From the NCBI GenBank assembly GCA_034670305.1, contig JAXMNT010000025.1, positions 32,001 through 96,000 on the forward strand: a DNA stretch of 64,000 nucleotides, read 5' to 3'. This DNA comes from Deltaproteobacteria bacterium (GTDB lineage: Bacteria > Myxococcota_A > Polyangia > Polyangiales > Houyiibacteriaceae). The translations under genes and the position numbers were made by a program. Of the stretch, positions 39,019-46,394 are shown piece by piece. Numbering within the stretch: position 1 is the stretch's first letter; each line of letters opens with the position of its first letter. The notes under the pieces were generated by a model that did no database searches, was not told the origin of the DNA, and saw only the letters and a list, made by a program, of their open reading frames with translations.

Positions 39019-39564
39019 TCAACGAGTGGTCAGGAACGCCGCGACGAGGCCGGCGTGGGAGAGGGGCTTTGTGAGATTGGTGATGTCGGTGTTCGTCTCG
39101 TAGTCGAGGAGCACCACATCACCGCGCACGACGTGTTGGCGCAGCTGATCGAGTTCTTGGGTCAGTTTGTGTTCGAGGACCCACGTGTAGATCGGCAGGT
39201 AGATCTCGCGGCGTGCCTCCAGGTAGCCAAGCAACCGCTTGCCCTCCAGCCCCTCTCGGTGACCGAGACACCTGCCGTTTTTGCGCACGGTTCGTTTGAG
39301 GCCCTTCATTGCGGTGACGTCGAGCTTCTTCGGATCGACATCCGCGGTCTCGAACACCTTCAGCGCCTGCCAGATGCCTTCCACACTCTGTGCGGTGCGG
39401 CCATCGGTGAACGGGATCGGGATGCCGCCGTGGGGGAAGAACGGGCTGAACCGGACCCAAGGTTCGGCCGCCTTCGACGTGACGTCGATGATCGTCGCTT
39501 CGGGTAGATCGCGCTCGAGCTTTGGAAGCGAGCTGCGACGACTGCGCACGAGGACTTCACCCAT
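39019..39564 (-). CDS. Conserved hypothetical protein (DUF6939-like, NADAR-like motif)
   Basis: IIDVTSK, FSPFFPHGGIPIPF, SVEGIWQALKVFE, LLGYLEARREIYLP, LLDYETN, PLSHA; family recalled from memory. Confidence 0.82.
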   Translation of the reverse strand: MGEVLVRSRRSSLPKLERDLPEATIIDVTSKAAEPWVRFSPFFPHGGIPIPFTDGRTAQSVEGIWQALKVFETADVDPKKLDVTAMKGLKRTVRKNGRCLGHREGLEGKRLLGYLEARREIYLPIYTWVLEHKLTQELDQLRQHVVRGDVVLLDYETNTDITNLTKPLSHAGLVAAFLTTR

Positions 39565-39616
39565 CGCGGGACTGTAGCGAGCCCCTGTGACGCGTAACGC
39601 TGCGTCCGTTGTCGGC

Positions 39617-40768
39617 TCAGTCGGCCTCGCGTCTTCGACGGAGCACGAGGCCAAACGCGGCGAGTGCCGTGACGCAGAGCAGGAGCACACCACCTTTCCA
39701 CACCGCGGGGTTCTGGTGGGCTCGGCCGCAGACCGTGTACCAGGCCCGGTCGCCCGTGGGCGTCTCGGTGCAGGCGAAGGTGAAGTCTTCGTCGAAGTCG
39801 TGCGCGCAGAGAAACGCGTGGCGGGTGTGGCCGGTGATGTCGGTGGCTTCGACGTAGCAGGGGCCAGTCGGCTGGTGCAGGCCCGTGCTGACGTGGGTGG
39901 TCGGATCGAAGAGGAGCGCGATCGAGGCGAGGGTGACGAAGTAGCCGGCGAGCATTCCGCGCAGGAGCGGTGGAGAACCGGCTGCGGTCGCACCCACCTC
40001 CGGTCGAGCATCTGCCTTCGTCTTGGAGCCGCGCAGCACGAGGATCGCGTAGAGGGCGATGCCGACGCCGAGCGCCGCGTACCCAGGCGCGCCGCCGTCG
40101 AGCTGCTGCAGCGCGGTGATCTGGACCATCATCAGCAGCGTGGTCAGGCCGGCGACTTTGGCGAGGCCGACCCAGAAGGTTCGGCGCTCCGTGGCCTCTG
40201 GATCCTTGCGGAGGCTGGTGTCGAGGAGCCAGTTGAACGCGCCGACGAACGTGAGCACCCAGAGCGTGCTGCTGCACGGCGCCCCGAGGATGCGGGTGGC
40301 GATGGGCAGGTCGGTGTCGTGCCACGTCCACCAGAGAAACTTGGCGCCGACGATGTCGTACGGCGCGTAGAAGAGCAGGGCGAGCAAGCCGCCGAGCGCG
40401 GCGGTGGGCCATCGACCGAGCCCGAGGCTGCGGGCGGCGACGGTCGGGTAGTACATGAAACAGACGTAGACGCACGGGATGTAGAGCGGCATGCGCGGCG
40501 TCAGCATCACGGTGGCCTGGGCCTGCCAGAAGTTGTCGACGAGCGGCAGCGCCATGAAGATGAAGTCATTGGCGGTGCCCGCAATGAGCGCGGCCCACCA
40601 GACCAACAAGTGGCTGCGGCCGCGGCTGCGCGCGTGCACGAACGCCGCCACCGCGCAGGCCACGAACAGGAGCTCGCCGATCATGAAACTCGGCAGCACG
40701 GACCACTGCTCGACCGGGTTCGCGAAGTGCTCGAACCGACTCCACCAGCCGTTGGCGTACGGGTCCAT
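39617..40768 (-). CDS. Multi-pass membrane protein of unknown function
   Basis: About 9 TM helices; DNFWQAQ, YDIVGAKFLWWTWHDTD motifs; 1-nt overlap with the desaturase gene. Confidence 0.85.
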   Translation of the reverse strand: MDPYANGWWSRFEHFANPVEQWSVLPSFMIGELLFVACAVAAFVHARSRGRSHLLVWWAALIAGTANDFIFMALPLVDNFWQAQATVMLTPRMPLYIPCVYVCFMYYPTVAARSLGLGRWPTAALGGLLALLFYAPYDIVGAKFLWWTWHDTDLPIATRILGAPCSSTLWVLTFVGAFNWLLDTSLRKDPEATERRTFWVGLAKVAGLTTLLMMVQITALQQLDGGAPGYAALGVGIALYAILVLRGSKTKADARPEVGATAAGSPPLLRGMLAGYFVTLASIALLFDPTTHVSTGLHQPTGPCYVEATDITGHTRHAFLCAHDFDEDFTFACTETPTGDRAWYTVCGRAHQNPAVWKGGVLLLCVTALAAFGLVLRRRREAD

Positions 40769-41586
40769 CAGTACGTCACGAAGGGCGGAAGCTCGGCCAC
40801 CGTCTCATCTGCCTCATGGGCCGACACGCCGCGGCCGCCGAAGACGTCTTGGCCGTAGGTGCGCCGCACCCGGCGCAACGTGCCGTGCAGCCGGTCCCAC
40901 AGCATCAGATGCTGACCGAAGTTGACGTGGAAGTGCACGTGGTGGTCGTCGTGGTAGCGGGGCGGCGCTTGCCAGGGAAGGCGCGAACGCAGGTCCACGC
41001 CGGAGTGGTCGATGATGTTGAAGACGAGGGTGTACACGAGGACGCCGGAGATCACGCCGACGTGCATCGGCACGTAGAAGATGGTCGAGATGGAGGCCGC
41101 CTGAAGCGCGAGCAACTCGACCGGATGCAGCGCGAGCGCAGCGTAGGGGGTGGGGGCAATGAACTTGTGGTGGAAGCGGTGCACCCGTTTGTAGATCCAC
41201 CGGATGTGAAGCGCGCGGTGCACGTAGTACGCGAGCAGATCGATCAGCAGCCACACCCCGACGATCGACGCGAAGAAGTATGGGAGCCCGTACTCGTCGA
41301 CGTCTGTGTAGAGCAGGGTGGGCAACCCGTGTTCGAGGATCGCGTAGACGAGGACGCCGGAAAGCGCGCCGCCGAGGGTCAGGTTCAGCGTGCCGGAACG
41401 GGCGGCCGCTCGGGCGTGTTTGTCCGAGAGGAACCGCTTCGGCTGGATCTTCCAGGCAGCGGCTTCGTCCCGGCGGCGGCGGTAGTAGCGGAGGTGATAG
41501 AAGCCAGCCACCCCGTGGTAGATCAGCAAACCGCTGAACACGGCGCCCACCACACAGAGCCCTAGTTTCAGCCAATCGATCCCCAT
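40768..41586 (-). CDS. Sterol desaturase / fatty-acid hydroxylase superfamily protein
   Basis: His boxes YYVHRALH, HRFHH, HPVE, DHSG, HDDHH..NFG. Confidence 0.92.
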   Translation of the reverse strand: MGIDWLKLGLCVVGAVFSGLLIYHGVAGFYHLRYYRRRRDEAAAWKIQPKRFLSDKHARAAARSGTLNLTLGGALSGVLVYAILEHGLPTLLYTDVDEYGLPYFFASIVGVWLLIDLLAYYVHRALHIRWIYKRVHRFHHKFIAPTPYAALALHPVELLALQAASISTIFYVPMHVGVISGVLVYTLVFNIIDHSGVDLRSRLPWQAPPRYHDDHHVHFHVNFGQHLMLWDRLHGTLRRVRRTYGQDVFGGRGVSAHEADETVAELPPFVTY

Positions 41587-41603
41587 TCCCCCTGTCTACT
41601 CGG

Positions 41604-41631
41604 ATCATACACATTACACAATGTGTATGAT
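41604..41631. promoter_or_regulatory. Candidate TetR operator (perfect 12-bp inverted repeat)
   Basis: ATCATACACATT-acac-AATGTGTATGAT, AT-rich, in the 70-bp gap between the divergent desaturase and TetR genes. Confidence 0.75.
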
Positions 41632-41656
41632 GTGTTGCCAGGGCCACGAGACCTGC

Positions 41657-42244
41657 ATGCCCAAACGCAAAGCCTGGAACGGATCCCCACCCTCGACGCC
41701 GGCCGAAGCCCGTCGGGTGTTGCTGGAAGCGGCGCGGGACTGCCTCGAGCGCCTTGGTCCGACCAAAGCGAACCTCTCGGACGTGGCCCAAACGGCGGGG
41801 GTGACCCGTCAGACGGTCTACCGGTACTTCGAGGACGCCGACGACCTCTTCCACTCGGCCGCGGTCCTCGCGACGGGGGGCTTGCGGGAACGCATGCGGG
41901 CCCAGGCCCTCCGCCAGCCGACGCCAGCCACCCGCATCGTGGAGTGTCTGGTCTTTTGCGCGCGCGAGGTTCCGGCCGACCCGCACCTCGCGATGCTCGG
42001 CGGCGCGAGCGACCGGCTCTCCGTCTCCACCGCGCTTCGGCTCTCGCTCGTTCAGGAAGAGATGACGTCGCTCAGTGGTGGCCAGCTCGGACTGACCGAT
42101 GTGGAACGCGACGAGCTCGCCGAGCTCCTGCTCCGGCTGATGCACTCGCTGTTGACCGAACCGGGCGAACCACGCAGCGAAGTCGAACTGCGCGCGTTTC
42201 TCACCAGCTGGCTCGTACCGATGATCGAAGCCCGCATGGGCTAG
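41657..42244 (+). CDS. TetR/AcrR family transcriptional regulator
   Basis: LLEAARDCLERLG..NLSDVAQTAGVTRQTVYRYF HTH. Confidence 0.93.
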   Translation: MPKRKAWNGSPPSTPAEARRVLLEAARDCLERLGPTKANLSDVAQTAGVTRQTVYRYFEDADDLFHSAAVLATGGLRERMRAQALRQPTPATRIVECLVFCAREVPADPHLAMLGGASDRLSVSTALRLSLVQEEMTSLSGGQLGLTDVERDELAELLLRLMHSLLTEPGEPRSEVELRAFLTSWLVPMIEARMG

Positions 42245-42255
42245 ACTCTCCCCCG

Positions 42256-43974
42256 ATGACGGCGAAGAAGAAGTGGGGGTTCTTGCAGCCCACGCCGACG
42301 CCGTACGATCCGCTCGAGTGGGTGCAGATGCCGCTCGAGGAGCGCGGGCGGCTGGGGTGTCAGGCGTGGGCGCTCGATGGGTACGGCACGCCGCCCGCGG
42401 TGTTTCTCGTCTACCTCGCGAAGATCGCGCTGTACGTGTTCGGGTGGGCGGCCTGCTGCACCACCAGTCCCGCGCTCGGGCCGCTCTCTGAGATCGGGAC
42501 CTGGTGGCTGCACCCCCTCGCGTTCCAGAAAGCCATTCTGTTCAGCATGCTCTTCGAGGGGCTGGGTCTCGGTTGCGGCAGCGGTCCGCTGACCGGCCGC
42601 TACATGCCGCCCATCGGTGGCCTGCTCTATTGGCTGCGCCCCGGCACCACCAAGCTCCCACTCTTCCGTTCGGCGCCACTCATCGGCGGCCACCGGCGCA
42701 CCTGGTTCGATGTGGCCGTCTACGCGGTGTTCGTCGGCGTGTGCGGGTGGGCGCTCGTGTCGCCCGAGATCGCGCCGGTGCAGCTGCTCGTCGTCGTGGT
42801 CGTCGTGCCCTTGCTCGGGGTGCTCGACAAGACGCTGTTCTTGGCGGCGCGCGCCGAACACTACTGGGTGACCGCGCTCGTCTTTCTCTGGGCGAGCTCC
42901 GGCGACGCAGTCGATTCGGTGACGCTGGTCGCCGGCAGCAAAGCGGTGATGCTCGCGCTCTGGTTCTTCGCGGGGTTCTCGAAACTCAACCACCACTTCC
43001 CGAGCACCGTGTGCGTGATGACCAGCAACTCACCGCTCACGCGCGGCACGCCGCTTCGCCGCTGGGTGTACCGGAGCTACCCGGACGACCTGCGCCCTTC
43101 GCGGTTCGCCGTCGTACTCGCCCACGCCGGCACGTTGCTCGAACTCTCGATTCCCCTGGTGCTCGTGTTCGCCACGGACGGCCCCTGGCTGACGGTGGGG
43201 ATCGGGCTCGCGCTCCTGCTGCATTGCCACATCACGAGCAGCGTGCCGATGGCCGCGCCGCTCGAGTGGAACGTGCTCATGGTCTACGGGCTCTTCGCGC
43301 TGTTCGTGGCGCACCCGGAGATCCAAGTGTTCGATCTCGGCCTCAGCGGCCTGAGCGTGTTCCTGCTCGTCGCGCTGCTCGCCATTCCGCTCCTCGGCAA
43401 CCTCTTCCCGAACCGGGTCTCGTTCCTGCTCGCGATGCGCTACTACGCGGGCAACTGGCCGTACGGCATCTGGCTCTTTCGCGGCGAGAGCTACCGCAAG
43501 CTCGATCGGCTGACGAAGAGCGCCGCCTGGGTCCACGACCAGCTCGCCCGCTTCTACGATCACGCGACGGCGGTCGGACTGGTCGGCAAGGTGCTCGCGT
43601 TCCGGCTGATGCATCTGCAGGGCCGCTGTCTGCCCAACTTGATCCCGAAGGCCGTCGATCGGCTGCAGGACTTCGAATACGTCGACGGCGAGATCATCGC
43701 GGGCCTCGCGCTCGGCTGGAACTTCGGCGACGGCCACCTGCACAACGAAACGTTGCTCGCCGCGATTCAAGCCCAGTGTCAGTTCGAACCCGGCGAGCTC
43801 CGTTGCATCTTCGTCGAAGCCCAGCCGCTCTTCGGCAAGACGCTCGAGTACCGAATCGTCGACGCGGCCACGGGACGGATCGAGAAGGGCACCTGCGACG
43901 TCGCCGAACTCCGAACCCGCCAACCCTGGCAATGCACCCCGGCGGAGACGGCCGATCCGAGGACCGTGTCGTGA
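42256..43974 (+). CDS. DUF3556-type polytopic membrane protein
   Basis: GFLQP, GYGTP, LGLGCGSGPL, YWLRPGT, DKTLFLAARAEHY, SKLNHHF, SFLLAMRYYAGNW, LGWNFGDGHLHNE. Confidence 0.88.
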   Translation: MTAKKKWGFLQPTPTPYDPLEWVQMPLEERGRLGCQAWALDGYGTPPAVFLVYLAKIALYVFGWAACCTTSPALGPLSEIGTWWLHPLAFQKAILFSMLFEGLGLGCGSGPLTGRYMPPIGGLLYWLRPGTTKLPLFRSAPLIGGHRRTWFDVAVYAVFVGVCGWALVSPEIAPVQLLVVVVVVPLLGVLDKTLFLAARAEHYWVTALVFLWASSGDAVDSVTLVAGSKAVMLALWFFAGFSKLNHHFPSTVCVMTSNSPLTRGTPLRRWVYRSYPDDLRPSRFAVVLAHAGTLLELSIPLVLVFATDGPWLTVGIGLALLLHCHITSSVPMAAPLEWNVLMVYGLFALFVAHPEIQVFDLGLSGLSVFLLVALLAIPLLGNLFPNRVSFLLAMRYYAGNWPYGIWLFRGESYRKLDRLTKSAAWVHDQLARFYDHATAVGLVGKVLAFRLMHLQGRCLPNLIPKAVDRLQDFEYVDGEIIAGLALGWNFGDGHLHNETLLAAIQAQCQFEPGELRCIFVEAQPLFGKTLEYRIVDAATGRIEKGTCDVAELRTRQPWQCTPAETADPRTVS

Positions 43975-44056
43975 TCGAGGTTGGTGAGCTGACCAGATAT
44001 GGTTGGTGTCGCGTGCGCCCTCTTCGCCACCGCGTGCATCGCAGCCAGACCGTGTC

Positions 44057-44368
44057 GTGACGCAGATCTGTGTCGTCGCTGCGTGTCCCGGTGATGCGGA
44101 CGAGGTGATTCTCCTGGTGGACCGAGCGGGTCGACCCCACTTCTGGTGTCCCATGTGCGGCCTCTCTTGGACGACACCCCCATCGCGCGCTGGTGCCGAA
44201 GAGACACTCCTGTCGTTGCCCCGCGACAAGTTCCGCCTCCCGACAGCCGCGGAGTCTCGGCAGCTGTTGCACGAACTGAGCATTCTCGAAGCGAAGGAGC
44301 CGCTGTCCGAAGAGTTCGTGCTTCGTGTGGGCGCGAGACAAGGGCTCATCCTGGATAGGTGGCCATGA
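44057..44368 (+). CDS. Small hypothetical protein with CxxC (FWCPMCG)
   Basis: Protein-like ORF of about 100 aa; start uncertain. Confidence 0.5.
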   Translation: MTQICVVAACPGDADEVILLVDRAGRPHFWCPMCGLSWTTPPSRAGAEETLLSLPRDKFRLPTAAESRQLLHELSILEAKEPLSEEFVLRVGARQGLILDRWP

Positions 44369-44388
44369 ACGCGGATTGAGCCCACGTC

Positions 44389-44751
44389 TTGAATCTGCTC
44401 CATCGGTTCCGGTACGGAGACGAACCGCTCAGCCTGGTCGATGGCTGGCAACCCAAAGACCGAACGGTTCTGAAGTTCGTGTACGAGGTCTGGATGTTCC
44501 GAGACGGTGGCTCCTACGAAATCGATCCGACCTGGTCGGAACTCGTCGATGACGCGGCGTCCAGCGTGGCCTTGGTGTACCTCGATCGTTGGTCGCTCTT
44601 TATCGAGGCGGGACGTGTGTTCCGGAATCCACCGTTGCTCAATCGTCTGTTTCGGCGATCAGCGCTGCACCAGCATTGGCCGTTTCTCTCACAGGCCGAC
44701 CATCGGACGACGGAGGCGCAGACAGCGAGGCGGCTCCGGTTGGTTCCATAG
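44389..44751 (+). CDS. Hypothetical protein (120 aa)
   Basis: Protein-like composition, TTG start, atypical codon use; no recognisable motif. Confidence 0.45.
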   Translation: MNLLHRFRYGDEPLSLVDGWQPKDRTVLKFVYEVWMFRDGGSYEIDPTWSELVDDAASSVALVYLDRWSLFIEAGRVFRNPPLLNRLFRRSALHQHWPFLSQADHRTTEAQTARRLRLVP

Positions 44752-45028
44752 CTGCACGGTGAGAGCTGTCAGCCGCGTGAGCTGATGAAGTACGTGGATG
44801 GTCGTGGTGAGCCGACGCGTGGGTTCACGGTCGAGTCGTTCTCGGCCAGCTCCGCCGAGGACCCAGACTCCTCGCCCGGCTTCACGGGGAATGGCTGCCG
44901 CTCGAAACGTCAGTCGAGCGGGCGTTCGTCGAGTTGGCCGAAGAGGGTGTGGTGCGAGACGACGGCGGAACGTGGTTCTTCGTGGCCGGTCCTGTGCTGT
45001 ATGGATGAAGGTCGGGGATGGGCTAGGC

Positions 45029-45220
45029 GCTGTTGCTGCTGACTGCTGGTGCTTCTGCAGCTGACCCGTTGCTGGAAGCGGATGCTGTTGCTGACTCTGC
45101 GTCGACGCTGCTGCTGACGCTGCAGCTGACGCTGCTGCTGACTCTGCGGCTGACGCTGCTGCTGACTCTGCAGCTGACGCTGCAGCTGACTCTGCAGCTG
45201 ACCTGACTCTGCAGCTGACC
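45029..45220 (+). repeat. Degenerate 12-mer array (GCTGACTCTGCA/GCTGACGCTGCT)n
   Basis: Directly visible; related to the array at 55188-55419. Confidence 0.9.
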
Positions 45221-45240
45221 ACTGCTCTGTTGTGTGGTGT

Positions 45241-45358
45241 GAACTCCCCCACACTCTCCCGAACTCCCCCGAACTCTCCCTGAACCAACGAACCCGCGGT
45301 CGGTGGCTGCACCCTGGGCAGGAGTGAGTCGTCGACGAGAAGGTTGACGGCGGTTCTG
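45241..45358. other. Conserved non-coding motif A, copy 1 (with 4x10-bp GAACTCYCCC repeat)
   Basis: Blocks CTCTCCC, AACCAA, GCAGGAG, ACGAGAA and GCGGTT are colinear without gaps with 55474-55555 (constant offset 10200). Confidence 0.65.
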
Positions 45359-45363
45359 CAAAT

Positions 45364-45663
45364 CCGACGCCGAAGCCGAAGCCGACGCCGACGCCGATGC
45401 CGAAGCCGAAGCCGATGCCGATGCCGACGCCGAAGCCGAAGCCGACGCCGAAGCCGAATCCGAAGCCGAAGCCGAAGCCGACGCCGACGCCGAAGCCGAC
45501 GCCGAAGCCGAAGCCGACGCCGACGCCGACGCCGAAGCCGACGCCGAACCCGACGCCGAACCCGAAGCCGACGCCGAAGCTGATGCCGACGAAGCCGAAC
45601 CCGACGCCGACCCCGACCCCGACGCCGACGCCGACACCGAACCTGATGCCGACGACGCCGATG
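45364..45663 (+). repeat. Hexamer tandem array (CCGANN)n, locus 4a
   Basis: About 50 units between motif A and motif B. Confidence 0.95.
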
Positions 45664-45685
45664 GAACACCCAACGGAACACTGCC

Positions 45686-45861
45686 GCGCCCCTTCTCGTC
45701 AGAGGTTGGCTTGCCCGCGGGGTGTCCGACCGTAGCGGTCTGGGCGGCGCCGCGTAAAGGAGGCCTTCGGCCCGGCGGGATGCCCGCCGCTTCACTGCGC
45801 GCTTCGCGCTTGCTCGTCCTTGACCCGGCACCACCCAGACCGCTGAGGGCGCTTCGCGCCC
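45686..45861. other. Conserved structured non-coding motif B, copy 2 (upstream of the four-helix-bundle gene)
   Basis: Shared with 33524-33609; helix AGCGGTCTGGG (45734-45744)/CCCAGACCGCT (45834-45844) encloses several small hairpins. Confidence 0.7.
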
Positions 45862-45904
45862 CCGGGCAGTTCGCTCGGAAGGCTGACGACCGGGAGGTCC
45901 TACG

Positions 45905-46216
45905 ATGCTGGTATTCGACAAGTCGCTTCTTCTTCTCTCTTTGCTGGTGCGCGAGGTTCTGCCTCGCATTCGCGAGGCGTCGTTGAAGTCGCAGCTGCGG
46001 CGCGCGGCGCAGGCGGTTCCTCTGCTCATTGCGGAGTCTCGGAGCGCGCGGGGTGGGCGGAACCCGGACGGGTTCTCGCGCGCCCTGGGCGAAGCGCGCG
46101 AGGTGAAGGCGGCTCTTCAGGTGGCGGCGGTGATGGGGTACGTCGAGGCGAGTGACGACGTGTACGACTTGGCGGACCACGTCTGCGCGATGTTGTTCAA
46201 GCTGAGTCGGACGTAG
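45905..46216 (+). CDS. Four helix bundle protein (23S rRNA IVP / Avd-like superfamily)
   Basis: 103 aa, all helical; SQLRRAAQAVPLLIAE (consensus QLRRAAxSxPxNIAEG), RALGEARE (A.GS..E), A..MGYV, AMLFKL; GGGAGG RBS at 45892-45897. Confidence 0.82.
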   Translation: MLVFDKSLLLLSLLVREVLPRIREASLKSQLRRAAQAVPLLIAESRSARGGRNPDGFSRALGEAREVKAALQVAAVMGYVEASDDVYDLADHVCAMLFKLSRT

Positions 46217-46263
46217 GTGGCTCCGGCGGAGCGTCCGTTGGGGGCGCTCCGCTCCGCTCCGCT

Positions 46264-46394
46264 CCGACTCCGAAGCCGAAGCCGAAGCCGAAGCCGAAGC
46301 CGAAGCCGAAGCCGAACGCGACGCCGAAACTGATGCCGAACCCGACGCCGAACGCGACGCCGAACCCGACGCGGACGCCGACCCCGACTTCCGA
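46264..46394 (+). repeat. Hexamer tandem array (CCGAAG...)n, locus 4b
   Basis: Follows a hairpin (46226-46252) and a (GCTCC)n run; abuts the stop of the 46395-47333 gene. Confidence 0.95.

Noticed and set aside
44785-45042. 85-aa ORF, and a protein-like alternative frame 44811-45008 (ADAWVHGRV...GPVLYG) preceded by stops
   Set aside because: No clear start/RBS or recognisable homology. It could be a decayed gene, but I cannot support that call.
45029-46394. CRISPR array or diversity-generating retroelement interpretation of the repeat cassette
   Set aside because: There are no constant 25-45-bp repeats with unique spacers and no cas genes. There is no reverse transcriptase and no TR/VR pair differing only at adenines; the invariant A in CCGA also argues against adenine mutagenesis.
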